64,000 nt of DNA. It comes from an uncultured Bdellovibrionales bacterium (GTDB lineage Bacteria; Patescibacteriota; Minisyncoccia; Moranbacterales; UBA9337). Location: positions 18,424 to 82,423 of the forward strand of contig CAZSCV010000001.1 in the NCBI GenBank assembly GCA_964605525.1, read 5' to 3'. This document shows positions 37,651 through 46,865 of this stretch, piece by piece; positions within the stretch are counted from its first letter, which is position 1; the number at the start of each line of letters is the position of its first letter. The position numbers were made by a program, and so were the translations under genes. Below the pieces are notes generated by a model. It saw only the letters and a list, made by a program, of their open reading frames with translations, had not been told where the DNA came from and ran no database searches.

Positions 37651-38322
37651 CTATATTTTTGTTATTTTAAGGAAGATTATATCCAATAAAATAATGGCTA
37701 TCCAACCAAAAATAAATGAATACCAAATTGCACGGCTTTTATAGGCAATCCATCCGCCCAATAAGTTTATCACCATATAAGGGAAAAAATTCCAATTCAA
37801 ATTATCTATTAAAGCCAGTAAAATTGTAAAAATTGCAAATTGCAAAAAAACTGCACCTTTTTTAAAATATTTTTCAAAAAAATTCAAAATCCAGCCATGA
37901 AAAAAGAACTCGTACAAAAATAAAAAAAATCCAACCAGAAAAACCTCGTAAATCACAAATAATCCAAAATTATTGCTTACTGATTGTGGAATTCGATACT
38001 CATTGGAAAAATTTGAATATTTATACGCCACCAACATAATTAAAGAAAACACAAACAAAAAAATAACTATCAAATAAATTCCAGTATTCATTCTTCCTGA
38101 TTGGATTCCATATTCTTTCATTGATTCGCCTAACACTATTTTAATATATAGCCACGGAACAATCAAAAAAAATGAAAATCCGACAATAAAATCTTGCAAG
38201 GCATTATTTCTGGGAAAAATCCCAACCAAAATCAAACAAATTATTGCAACAGCGGAAGTTATCCAAATTTCTTTTTTTATTAACATTTTTTTATTAAATA
38301 CTAACTTAAAATTATTTCTCAC
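37651..38322 (-). CDS. polytopic membrane protein (possible CPBP/Abi-like)
   Basis: 223 aa, 6 TM. YEFFFHGWILNFF weakly resembles the EExxxR/FxxxH motifs of CAAX-protease-like proteins. Low certainty. Confidence 0.35.
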   Translation of the reverse strand: MRNNFKLVFNKKMLIKKEIWITSAVAIICLILVGIFPRNNALQDFIVGFSFFLIVPWLYIKIVLGESMKEYGIQSGRMNTGIYLIVIFLFVFSLIMLVAYKYSNFSNEYRIPQSVSNNFGLFVIYEVFLVGFFLFLYEFFFHGWILNFFEKYFKKGAVFLQFAIFTILLALIDNLNWNFFPYMVINLLGGWIAYKSRAIWYSFIFGWIAIILLDIIFLKITKI

Positions 38323-38614
38323 CGGAAAGTTTGAATTCCGCTTTTCTTTTCATATGAGCAAATACCACTATTGCGCAATTACTTGGCACCATTCCCAGGA
38401 AAAAAAAATCTATTACTTTCGCTATGACGAAAGTCATCAGAGGGCTTGTTTTTGGCACATAAGACCTCTGCCAAATTCCAAAAATGAACCCGGCCACAGC
38501 TTCGGTTACGATATTTAAAAAAGGTACCAGCCCAAGACCGTCAAATATTATCGCCAAAACAAGCATACCAACCGGAAAACTCATGGATTTTTGATTCGCC
38601 TTATTTCCGCTCAT
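38312..38614 (-). CDS. small 3-TM membrane protein
   Basis: 100 aa (VGMLVLAIIFDGLGLVPFLNIV, AVAGFIFGIW, FVIAKVIDFFFLGMV). 11-nt overlap with the downstream gene, co-operonic with the VirB4-like ATPase. Confidence 0.35.
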   Translation of the reverse strand: MSGNKANQKSMSFPVGMLVLAIIFDGLGLVPFLNIVTEAVAGFIFGIWQRSYVPKTSPLMTFVIAKVIDFFFLGMVPSNCAIVVFAHMKRKAEFKLSGEK

Positions 38615-38666
38615 ATTTTTTTCTTGCCCGTCTTAATGCCTGCCATTTTTTCAAAATTAAACCGCT

Positions 38667-40466
38667 CTATTCCCCTGCCAATTCTCTTTTTGCATTTTCA
38701 ATTTCCAGCAACTGCCTCGGATCGGAGGTTATTATTTGATCTTCGCTATATGATGCAATCACTCGAATCGCCACATGCTTATTTCCAGCAAAAAATATCC
38801 CTTCTCCCACATTGCTCTCCAAAAGCAAAAATTTTTCCTGTTCAGTCAGATAAAACGTTTCCGCGATAGCATCGATAGATGCTGGCGACTGCTTCAGGAG
38901 AAGCTGAATAGATGAGTTGGTAATTATCGGCTTTCCATATTGGGAAGAAATAAAATCATTAATATCCTGTGTAATTGTTGTAAGGCCGGTATAATATTTT
39001 CGACATCTCTTGGCAATTCCAAAAAGAAAAGAAGCGGCATCCTCATTTTTCATCATTATCCAGGCTTCATCCACAACTACTATTCTTTTCTTAAGATTGC
39101 TTCGCATCTCATTCCAAATAAAATGAAGTACGATATACATTGCAATTGGTCGCAATTCCTCTTCAAGGTCTCTAATATTGAAAACCACCAACTGATTGTC
39201 GATTTTAACACTGGTCGGCTTATTTAAAAATCCGGCAAAAATACCTTCCGTATACTTTTCCATTCTTGTTGCTAATGATTCGGAACCCTCCATATTTTGC
39301 AAAACCGCATACAAATCAGACAATACGGGAAAATCTCCAGGCGCCAAACTATTAAAATCACTTTGCGGAGAAATATCTCTAATGGCATAGGATTCTCGAA
39401 TCCCCCTTTCAAGGATTGAATCTTCTTCCGGAGTGATATCCCGCATCATAAGATGCATAAGTCCCATTAAATTAGCCACATTACTTCTCATTGCTTCCTC
39501 GGGATCATCATCTTCACCAAGTTTCGGTATGTCAAACGGATTCAAATGCGACTGCGAATTGAGAGATATCGGAACAAACGATCCGCCCACTGTTTCGCAT
39601 AAATGTTTATACTCATTTTCCGGATCAATCACGATCACGTTTGTGTCCATCATCAATGAACGCAAAATTTCCAATTTTATGGTATAACTTTTTCCCGCTC
39701 CGGACTTAGCAAATACTGTCATATTAGCATTTTCCATTTCAAACCGGTCAAAAAGTATCAAACTGTTATTATGCCGATTTATTCCATAGAGAATTCCCTT
39801 ATTTGATGTAAGATCAGATGAAACAAAAGGGAAACTTGTTGAAAGCGGAGATGTATTCAAATTGTTGGCGACATCCAGCTCATCATTAGCCAATGGAATT
39901 GTTGATGAAATGCCCTGCTCCATACGGAAAACCGCCGGCTTGATATACACCAACTGCGCCTCTAAGATAGCCTCGATACTTTCACCTATTTTATTCACCT
40001 CTTCAACGCTTGAACCATAAACAGTCATATATAAACTGAACCTGAAAAATTTTTCAGTTCCTTCTTGCAGTTTATTCCGCAAATCCTCGATATTATTAAG
40101 CGCCGATTCCAATATCGGATCTCTGATTTTTCCCTTTCCGGCTTCAATTGAAATTTCAGACATTACCTGGGTTGCTTTTTTTCTTAGGTTTTTCAAAACA
40201 TCTGCCGTATCCATTGGATGGATGAAAATTGCCGTATCCATTGAAAAATCCGCATTGATAATTGGCGAAAACCAATTCGTGCTCAAAAATTTGGGAAAAG
40301 CAAAAACAAACAAGGTTTTCACATGCACCCCGCCTATTTCGATATGATTTGAATCAACCTTAAGCGCTGATGGTGCAATCAAATCCTTCACAGTCGCCAA
40401 TCCCTCCTGATAAAGATATTCTTCATCCGGTTCGCTGTTTTTCTTTTTTGTAAAACTTCCAAACAT
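38667..40466 (-). CDS. VirB4/TrbE-like secretion ATPase, C-terminal P-loop NTPase module
   Basis: Walker A FAKSGAGKSYTIK. Walker B RIVVVDEAWIMM. Arginine-finger region. About 600 aa VirB4/DUF87-type architecture. ATG lies 5 nt after the stop of the preceding ORF with no RBS. Confidence 0.6.
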   Translation of the reverse strand: MFGSFTKKKNSEPDEEYLYQEGLATVKDLIAPSALKVDSNHIEIGGVHVKTLFVFAFPKFLSTNWFSPIINADFSMDTAIFIHPMDTADVLKNLRKKATQVMSEISIEAGKGKIRDPILESALNNIEDLRNKLQEGTEKFFRFSLYMTVYGSSVEEVNKIGESIEAILEAQLVYIKPAVFRMEQGISSTIPLANDELDVANNLNTSPLSTSFPFVSSDLTSNKGILYGINRHNNSLILFDRFEMENANMTVFAKSGAGKSYTIKLEILRSLMMDTNVIVIDPENEYKHLCETVGGSFVPISLNSQSHLNPFDIPKLGEDDDPEEAMRSNVANLMGLMHLMMRDITPEEDSILERGIRESYAIRDISPQSDFNSLAPGDFPVLSDLYAVLQNMEGSESLATRMEKYTEGIFAGFLNKPTSVKIDNQLVVFNIRDLEEELRPIAMYIVLHFIWNEMRSNLKKRIVVVDEAWIMMKNEDAASFLFGIAKRCRKYYTGLTTITQDINDFISSQYGKPIITNSSIQLLLKQSPASIDAIAETFYLTEQEKFLLLESNVGEGIFFAGNKHVAIRVIASYSEDQIITSDPRQLLEIENAKRELAGE

Positions 40467-40471
40467 ATTTT

Positions 40472-41152
40472 TTATTCCAATTCTATTTTCTCAACATTCT
40501 TTATTATAGCATTAACCGTCAAACTTGGATTATATGAGTTATAATACAGCTCTATCAATTCTTCAGTTTCCAGTGGCGTCATCTTCAGTCCCGCTCCTCC
40601 AAGCGCAGCCTCCACTTGTTTTGCTCTTTGCCACAACTGACTCACATGGGCCTCAAAAAACTCCTTTCTTACCATCACTTGTTGTTTTGGGTTAAAAATA
40701 TCAATTAATTTTTCAAAAAATCCTTCGCTCTTGCTTTCTACTGGAGAAAAAGGAATCACTACATAAAAGAACTTAGACATAATTTGCGTCATATCAGTAA
40801 GTCTTTTGATAAAATTTCCGTATTCAGCTATTTGCATTCGAAGCAATTCATTTTTTTGCACTTTTTCTTTTTCCGCTATAATTTTCAAATAAGGATTTAT
40901 ATTAAACCTTCTCGAACTGATAACGATTTGCACCGGAAAATCCAAAGAATTTAAAAAATTTTGATACTGGCTAATAATCGCGTCCTGCTCTTCGGTCGAT
41001 TTGAGATCAAAGTTTATGGAAGAAACAAGAAAAACCATTCGCAATGACCCATTTTTCATTACAACCACACCATTTCGTATCTCTTCGATATCGACATATT
41101 TTTGCGAACTGTTTTCGCTTCTGCTTTTTTTATTTTCGTGCAATAGTTCCAT
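40472..41152 (-). CDS. VirB4-like N-terminal domain encoded as a separate ORF (split VirB4)
   Basis: RNGVVVMKNGSLRMVFLVSSINFDLKSTEEQDAIISQYQNFLNSL resembles the VirB4 N-terminal domain motif (...tkdGsl...f.l.g.d...s.ee.......l...l). Stop TAA at 40472-40474 followed by aaaat and ATG of the ATPase module. Confidence 0.4.
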   Translation of the reverse strand: MELLHENKKSRSENSSQKYVDIEEIRNGVVVMKNGSLRMVFLVSSINFDLKSTEEQDAIISQYQNFLNSLDFPVQIVISSRRFNINPYLKIIAEKEKVQKNELLRMQIAEYGNFIKRLTDMTQIMSKFFYVVIPFSPVESKSEGFFEKLIDIFNPKQQVMVRKEFFEAHVSQLWQRAKQVEAALGGAGLKMTPLETEELIELYYNSYNPSLTVNAIIKNVEKIELE

Positions 41153-41215
41153 TTTTTGTTTGCTATTTTTAATTTCTTTCCAATATTACCAACATCGCTC
41201 TCATTTGATCTTTTA

Positions 41216-41611
41216 CTATTTTCTATCAAGAATACTGGCCAATTCCCTTATTCTATCCTGGTTTATTTCCTTTTTTTCCGGCGCTGGTCCGCTTTTGGAA
41301 ACTTCTTTTGGCGCGCTCTTTTGCGCCTTCCGCCCTTCTTTCTTCCAAACATACACTTTCGGGCGGAAAAAAAACATTCCGGCGGAAAAAATAAACGTTA
41401 TCAATGATTGATTATATGGCCGATAAAAGGCCAGTGCCAAAAAAAACAATGCAAGCGGAATAGCAATTGCAAAAAAAACTCCTTGCGTCACAACATTCCA
41501 CAAAATCAGCAAAATAACTCCCAAAATAAACATCCAAAGCAGCGCCTTTCCCGTAAAAGGGCCAACAATTTTATCTTCAACATCAATAAATTGGGGTGTT
41601 CCAAATAACAT
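41216..41611 (-). CDS. VirB3/PrgI-like small membrane protein
   Basis: 131 aa. Two TM helices (ALLWMFILGVILLILWNVV, VFFAIAIPLALFFLALAF) after a short N-terminal segment FIDVEDKIVGPFTGKA. Positioned immediately upstream of the VirB4 genes as in Gram-positive-type T4SS. Confidence 0.35.
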   Translation of the reverse strand: MLFGTPQFIDVEDKIVGPFTGKALLWMFILGVILLILWNVVTQGVFFAIAIPLALFFLALAFYRPYNQSLITFIFSAGMFFFRPKVYVWKKEGRKAQKSAPKEVSKSGPAPEKKEINQDRIRELASILDRK

Positions 41612-42907
41612 CTACTTTTTCAGATCAATTACATTTGACGGGGTTTCAAAATCCCGCTTCTTATCCTTATTTGAAAACAAGCTCAAGGGCTTGATTATAT
41701 AAGGATTTTCTTCTTCATCGTCCTCTTTTTTTTGCTGTCGCTTTCTTTCATCCTCTTTTTGGGCCGCCTCTTTTCTCTCTCTTTCTATTTTTCCTCTTTC
41801 TATTTCTTCAGCTAATTTTTTTTCCGCCTCCTCCTTCTCCTTTCGCTCTTTCCTTTTTTCAATATCTTGCTGCTCAGCCTTTTTCTGTTTTTCAATTTCA
41901 AGAATTTTTTCCGCTTGTTTCTCTTTTTCTCTTTTAGCCATCTCGGCTTCTACTCCCAATTGATTATTTTTTTCTTTTTTATCCATTATTGAATATCCCC
42001 CGGAAACAACGGCTTCTTCTTGAATTTTTCGATTCAATTTGGCCAGCCCCGCCGGTTCTTCTTCCACTTTCTTGACCGGCTTTATTCTTTCCGCATTGCC
42101 GGAAGACTCTTCTTTTTTAACTGCTGGCTTTGAAACCGGAAAGAATTTGTGAAAATTGCTTTTCAGACTACCTTCTTTTATTGGCATTTTTCTGTCTTTG
42201 TATTCAGGAAAAATCACTTTTTTTTCTTCCTGATCAATATCCATCAATTCCCCGTCTTCCAGTGATTTTATAATTGCCATCATTTTTTGGCGTTCTTCGG
42301 CGCTCAAATTTTTGGCATTTTTTCCGTGGTACAAATAATCCCCTCTTTGCATCAAATCGTGCTTTCCCGCACCCATTTCATGATAATAATCATCAATCCA
42401 GTTTTTTATTGAGGGACGAATCGCATCAGAAAACCCTCTTCCTTTCAATGAAATCCCCGAGAGAGCCTGCTCGCCAATTTCCGGAATCTTCTTCATCACA
42501 TCTTCAATATTCATTTTCACGATATTTTTATTTGCTCCTAAACTTTCATCATTAATAATTGTTCGCAAAACCTCTTGCGTTATTTTTTTTGCATTTTCTT
42601 CATCTATTCCTGTTTCTTTTATTAAAACGCTTGCAAATTCATCCTTTTTCACCTCGCCAAAATAATAACTGCGCACCAAACGGGCAATTGAAGCAGTTTT
42701 TTGCAAATCAAATCCAAAACCTTGTCCAATCTTAAAAATCTTTTCCCCGGTTACATAAGACGCCAGCTTATCTTTTACGTTCTCTGGTAATTTCAAAAAT
42801 TTTTCTTGCCTCTCAATTATTTGCTCATCAGTTTCATCTTCATTTTTCAGAGTAACTGAAACCAATTGAGGAATAGTATTTCTATTTTTTATTAGCTTAT
42901 CCTCCAT
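41612..42907 (-). CDS. cytoplasmic protein with conserved N-domain and long Lys/Glu-rich coiled-coil tail
   Basis: 431 aa. C-terminal EKEKQAEKILEIEKQKKAEQQDIEKRKERKEKEEAEKKLAEEIERGKIERERKEAAQKEDERKRQQKK low-complexity coiled coil. No TM. Within the T4SS-like operon. Confidence 0.45.
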   Translation of the reverse strand: MEDKLIKNRNTIPQLVSVTLKNEDETDEQIIERQEKFLKLPENVKDKLASYVTGEKIFKIGQGFGFDLQKTASIARLVRSYYFGEVKKDEFASVLIKETGIDEENAKKITQEVLRTIINDESLGANKNIVKMNIEDVMKKIPEIGEQALSGISLKGRGFSDAIRPSIKNWIDDYYHEMGAGKHDLMQRGDYLYHGKNAKNLSAEERQKMMAIIKSLEDGELMDIDQEEKKVIFPEYKDRKMPIKEGSLKSNFHKFFPVSKPAVKKEESSGNAERIKPVKKVEEEPAGLAKLNRKIQEEAVVSGGYSIMDKKEKNNQLGVEAEMAKREKEKQAEKILEIEKQKKAEQQDIEKRKERKEKEEAEKKLAEEIERGKIERERKEAAQKEDERKRQQKKEDDEEENPYIIKPLSLFSNKDKKRDFETPSNVIDLKK

Positions 42908-42944
42908 TTTTTTTCCAAATTATTATACTTTTCTTTACTTACAC

Positions 42945-44870
42945 CTACCACATTCTATTATTTTTTCCGGCTTTCAAATTCGTTCCACTCATTCCTTTTC
43001 GTATATTTGCTTGCCCCTCATCCCCATGTTCAAGATATGCCGCCATAGCTCCTGTTGTAATATCAGCATCACTTAAAACATTTTCCAAATCCAACTTCTT
43101 CCAATCATCTGTTTTTATATTCATAAATTCTTTTTGTGCAACATTTTTTCTTTCCGAAGAAATTGCAACCAAGTTAGATGGAGCAATTCCCTTATTCTTT
43201 ATATTTTCTCCTGCTTTTTGATTAATAATCAAATCAATTCTCTTTTCCTTAACCTTCGAATCAAGAATTTCTTTCAGAGCATTATCTCCCTTAACTGCGA
43301 CAGTTGCAGTATCAAACTGCATTTGAGCTGTAATTTTATTTCCTTTTTCATCAGTATAATCCCTAAATCCTTTATTTTCAGCCAATTCCATTGCAGCTGC
43401 TTTTTTCTCAATACTACTTCCAGTTTGAAGACTTTTCCTAACTTCACTATCGGAAACTTTATCTTCCTTCCACTCTTTTCGTAAAGTAGCAACTTTCTTT
43501 CTTTCATAATCTCTTTGAGCTTCATCACCCGCACTCCATTTACCTTTTGACATCCTTGCTCCCATTTTCTCCTCCCTTAATGCTCTTGCTTCAGATCCAC
43601 CATATTTAAATTTTCCAATACCTAATTGTCTTCCTGCAATATTTCCTGTTTTCTTAAACTCATCTACAGCCTTACTTGCTCCACCTGAAATACCAGTCGC
43701 GCCCAATCCAAATGCCATCGCTTTTCCTGGTGCTTTCCTAAATTTTGTTCCTATATCTTTTGCAACCGATGTTATTTTTCCTGCGCCGTAAATATTCATT
43801 TTTGTGGCAACTAGCATTCCCGACCAAAGAATTATCATTGGAATAAAAAAGAAAGAAGCTGTTGCAAGTAAGTCGCCATTTTCAGCTGGAATTTTGTAAT
43901 TAGCCGCCAACGTATTTATACTGTCCGCGCCAATAAGCCTTGTGTTTCCAAGTTCATCCATAAGCCGCAAGGATAAAAGAAACATAAACATCATAATTGG
44001 CCCAACAAGAGCATACTTAAACAAATAATCCCACCATTCTCCCATTTTTGAAAAACTGGGAAAAATCGGACCCACAAAACCCAGTGGGGAAAAAATAATT
44101 ATCAAAGCTAGGACAATTATTCGCACTAGGAAAATTCCCGCCATAGCAATAAGGGTTATCGCCATTAGGAATGAAAAAACAATAAGAAGAAGTAATTTTA
44201 CTGTCAAATCAGAATCGGAATTAATCGAAGAGGAACCCTCTGGAATAACCAAATTAACTAACTTTGAATTATCAAGAAAAGCGGCGGAAATACTATCACT
44301 TGAATAATTATACCCTGGAAAAGCTTGTTCGATAAAAAAATACATCGTTACATTTGTTGTATCAATAATAAAACGTGAAACCGGAAAACTAAAATTCACC
44401 AAAAGCGCCATCAAGACCACCATAAGTAAAATATTTTTTTTCAAAAGATGATATTTATCAATTTGAAAAACTGTTGAAAAGGCACTAAAAAGAAGCACTA
44501 AAATGAAACTCAGATTCATAAAATCCCGCACAATCAACCAACCGGAATAAACTCCATCACTGCGAATTATTCCACTTATATTAGTCGGATTAATAGACCA
44601 ATCAAACACAAGCCCTGCCATCCAAATAAAAAAAGTAAGCAGTAGCCAAGCTCCATACAAAAGATAATTAATTCCCAATATAAATCCATTTTGCAAACTA
44701 TCCAAAGTTGAATCTACTGGGTTTAAAAAATCAAATGCGGCATTGGCTTGATTTAAGAAACCTCCACTTGCTTCTATGGAAAAATTAAAAACAAAAAAGA
44801 ATATCACAAAGACCAATAAAATTTTGGTAATATTTTTTTTATTTAAATTGTTTTTTATTTTTTGTTTCAT
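42945..44870 (-). CDS. VirB6/TrbL-like polytopic membrane protein with C-terminal hydrophilic domain
   Basis: 641 aa. N-terminal signal/TM, at least 7 further TM helices in the first 400 aa, then a charged soluble tail. Size and topology fit VirB6-type channel components. Call is by architecture only. Confidence 0.4.
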   Translation of the reverse strand: MKQKIKNNLNKKNITKILLVFVIFFFVFNFSIEASGGFLNQANAAFDFLNPVDSTLDSLQNGFILGINYLLYGAWLLLTFFIWMAGLVFDWSINPTNISGIIRSDGVYSGWLIVRDFMNLSFILVLLFSAFSTVFQIDKYHLLKKNILLMVVLMALLVNFSFPVSRFIIDTTNVTMYFFIEQAFPGYNYSSDSISAAFLDNSKLVNLVIPEGSSSINSDSDLTVKLLLLIVFSFLMAITLIAMAGIFLVRIIVLALIIIFSPLGFVGPIFPSFSKMGEWWDYLFKYALVGPIMMFMFLLSLRLMDELGNTRLIGADSINTLAANYKIPAENGDLLATASFFFIPMIILWSGMLVATKMNIYGAGKITSVAKDIGTKFRKAPGKAMAFGLGATGISGGASKAVDEFKKTGNIAGRQLGIGKFKYGGSEARALREEKMGARMSKGKWSAGDEAQRDYERKKVATLRKEWKEDKVSDSEVRKSLQTGSSIEKKAAAMELAENKGFRDYTDEKGNKITAQMQFDTATVAVKGDNALKEILDSKVKEKRIDLIINQKAGENIKNKGIAPSNLVAISSERKNVAQKEFMNIKTDDWKKLDLENVLSDADITTGAMAAYLEHGDEGQANIRKGMSGTNLKAGKNNRMW

Positions 44871-45144
44871 CTCTATTACTGTCCGTGGAATAATATTTCA
44901 CCTAAAACAAAAGTTTCTTTTTCTACTCAAATATTATATCAGATTTTTAAAAATAAACAAAATAACTAAAAAGATAAAAAGATGCTTTTTTTGAAAACTC
45001 TTTTTATTTTTTTCAATTTGAAGGAGTAGTGGTTATTATATACTGTATATATATATAATTTATTAATATATATTATTAAGAAGAGATAAATTGTTGATAA
45101 ATAAAAATAAGACAATAAATAAAAGAAAAAACAGTAGAATAATT

Positions 45145-45311
45145 TGTGGATAAGAAGTAAGAAAAAGAAGGTGTAAAATCTGGGGAAAAGGGTGGATAAA
45201 ATTAAATAAGGTGGGAAAAATAAAAATATGTAAAAATATCAACAGAAAGAGCTGGGAGATATGGACAGGGATATTAACAGAAAAATGGCGGTTTTAAACA
45301 GGTTATCCACA
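45145..45311. promoter_or_regulatory. AT-rich intergenic region with two perfect, oppositely oriented DnaA boxes and one near-perfect box, upstream of the T4SS-like operon
   Basis: TGTGGATAA at 45145-45153 (perfect). GGTGGATAA at 45191-45199. TTATCCACA at 45303-45311 (perfect). Surrounded by TATATATATATAAT-type tracts (about 45040-45080). Confidence 0.45.
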
Positions 45312-45321
45312 AATAAGTGAA

Positions 45322-45360
45322 TAAAAAATACTCACCACTTATTTGGGTGAGTATTTTTTA
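45322..45360. terminator. bidirectional rho-independent terminator downstream of the LysM-CHAP gene
   Basis: AAAAATACTCACC acttatttg GGTGAGTATTTTTT. Perfect 12-bp stem flanked by A- and T-runs. Confidence 0.6.
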
Positions 45361-45383
45361 AGGAAAATAAAGTTATTTTTTTA

Positions 45384-46631
45384 TTAATAAATATAACCTT
45401 TAATAACTCTGCTGGCGGTAGATATCGTTCGGGTACTTTTCTTTCCCCAGCCTTTATAATTCATCTCGGATACAGTAATTGTGTTTTTACTAACACTTTC
45501 AACAATAGCCACATGACCCCACCAAGATTCTGAGGAAACCATAATAGAGCCTTTTTGTGGGGTTTTTCCGGTTTTATATCCCATAATTTTAGCTTGATAT
45601 AGCCAAGTTCCAGCATTTCCACCCCAAGGAATAAAGCGTTTTTGGGCTACATACCAAGTACAATAGCCATATGGGAAGATGTGTCCAGCTCCTGCTTTTC
45701 CTTTAAGTTCCTTTAAACCTGAAGTTGTTGGTGTTCCTCCTGAGGGAGTGGCATATTCTCTGCGGTCAATAATAGAAGAGGTATTTTGATTTTGTGTGGG
45801 AATTTCTTTTTGTCCTCCGGGAATAATGATTTCTTGTTTTTCCTTTAACTCCCCATTGGCGGGTAAATCATTGAAAGAAATAATTTTACTTTTATCAGCC
45901 TCATATTCTTTAGCGATTGAGTCAATAGTATCCCCATTTTTCACAACATAAGTTAACCCGGCTACTGGAAGAATAAAGATTTGGTCGCCAGGCATAATAG
46001 AATCAATATCTTCAATGTCATTAGCCCATAAAATGGTGTTAATGGTAATATTGTTTGCTTTAGCGATAGCGCCAAGATTTTCACCTTCTTTAACTGTGTG
46101 GATTTTAACCCCCCCGTTTTCTTCTGGATCTTTTAATGTCGGACTGGAATCAGCTAAAAGCACCTGATTTTGTGAATCTTTTAATATTTCATTCTCTTCT
46201 TCTTTTGGATTTGGATTTACTGAAGTGCTAGCCATTGCGAGGGGAACTAAAACTAGGTCATTCTTTTGCATAACCTGTCCGCTAAAAAAAGCGTTTTGGG
46301 AATTGTTAACCTCGTCATTTTTCCAATAGCCAAACAAAAAACCGCTCGACTTTCCTTCGGCTGCCAAATTAGTAGAGGCTACTAAGATAGCGCTAGAAAT
46401 TACAACAACCAGCGCTGAGTAGTTTCTGAGCATATGAAGAACCGGAATGGTTCGCCTTTGCTTGATAAAGGTGGTGATGTTTTTTTGTCTGCGGTAAAGG
46501 CTTTTCTGTATTTTTTTTGTTTCGAGTTTTTTGAAAACATTGGCAATAAACAAAAGTTGTTTACTAATAGGTTTAATTCTTTCTGTTGGTTTTAATGGTA
46601 GATTCATAAAATATCGGTAAAACCGATCCAA
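45384..46631 (-). CDS. membrane-anchored cell-wall hydrolase with two LysM domains and a C-terminal CHAP domain
   Basis: TM near N-terminus (ALVVVISSAILVAST). LysM repeats TVKEGENLGAIAKANNITINTILWAN and YVVKNGDTIDSIAKEYEADKSKIISFN. CHAP motifs CTWYVAQKR...GNAGTW...GHVAIVESV with a Cys...His dyad. Confidence 0.7.
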   Translation of the reverse strand: MDRFYRYFMNLPLKPTERIKPISKQLLFIANVFKKLETKKIQKSLYRRQKNITTFIKQRRTIPVLHMLRNYSALVVVISSAILVASTNLAAEGKSSGFLFGYWKNDEVNNSQNAFFSGQVMQKNDLVLVPLAMASTSVNPNPKEEENEILKDSQNQVLLADSSPTLKDPEENGGVKIHTVKEGENLGAIAKANNITINTILWANDIEDIDSIMPGDQIFILPVAGLTYVVKNGDTIDSIAKEYEADKSKIISFNDLPANGELKEKQEIIIPGGQKEIPTQNQNTSSIIDRREYATPSGGTPTTSGLKELKGKAGAGHIFPYGYCTWYVAQKRFIPWGGNAGTWLYQAKIMGYKTGKTPQKGSIMVSSESWWGHVAIVESVSKNTITVSEMNYKGWGKKSTRTISTASRVIKGYIY

Positions 46632-46865
46632 TCAATGAATCATCTAATAAAACCCTAATTATTATTTCTTGCATTCAATTATATGGCGGAAGGAAGGGTT
46701 TGTCAACGTAAATTTCAGAAGTTATCAACAGCCAGAATAATCGCTTAGGCAGGGGCGTTTTGAAGGAGAATGATATTTATTAAAGGGTAGCTTTTTAAAA
46801 AAAGAGAAATGAGGTAGAATTAGCTCATTAAGCGACGGACTAAGAATGTTTTTTAAAAAAGGATA

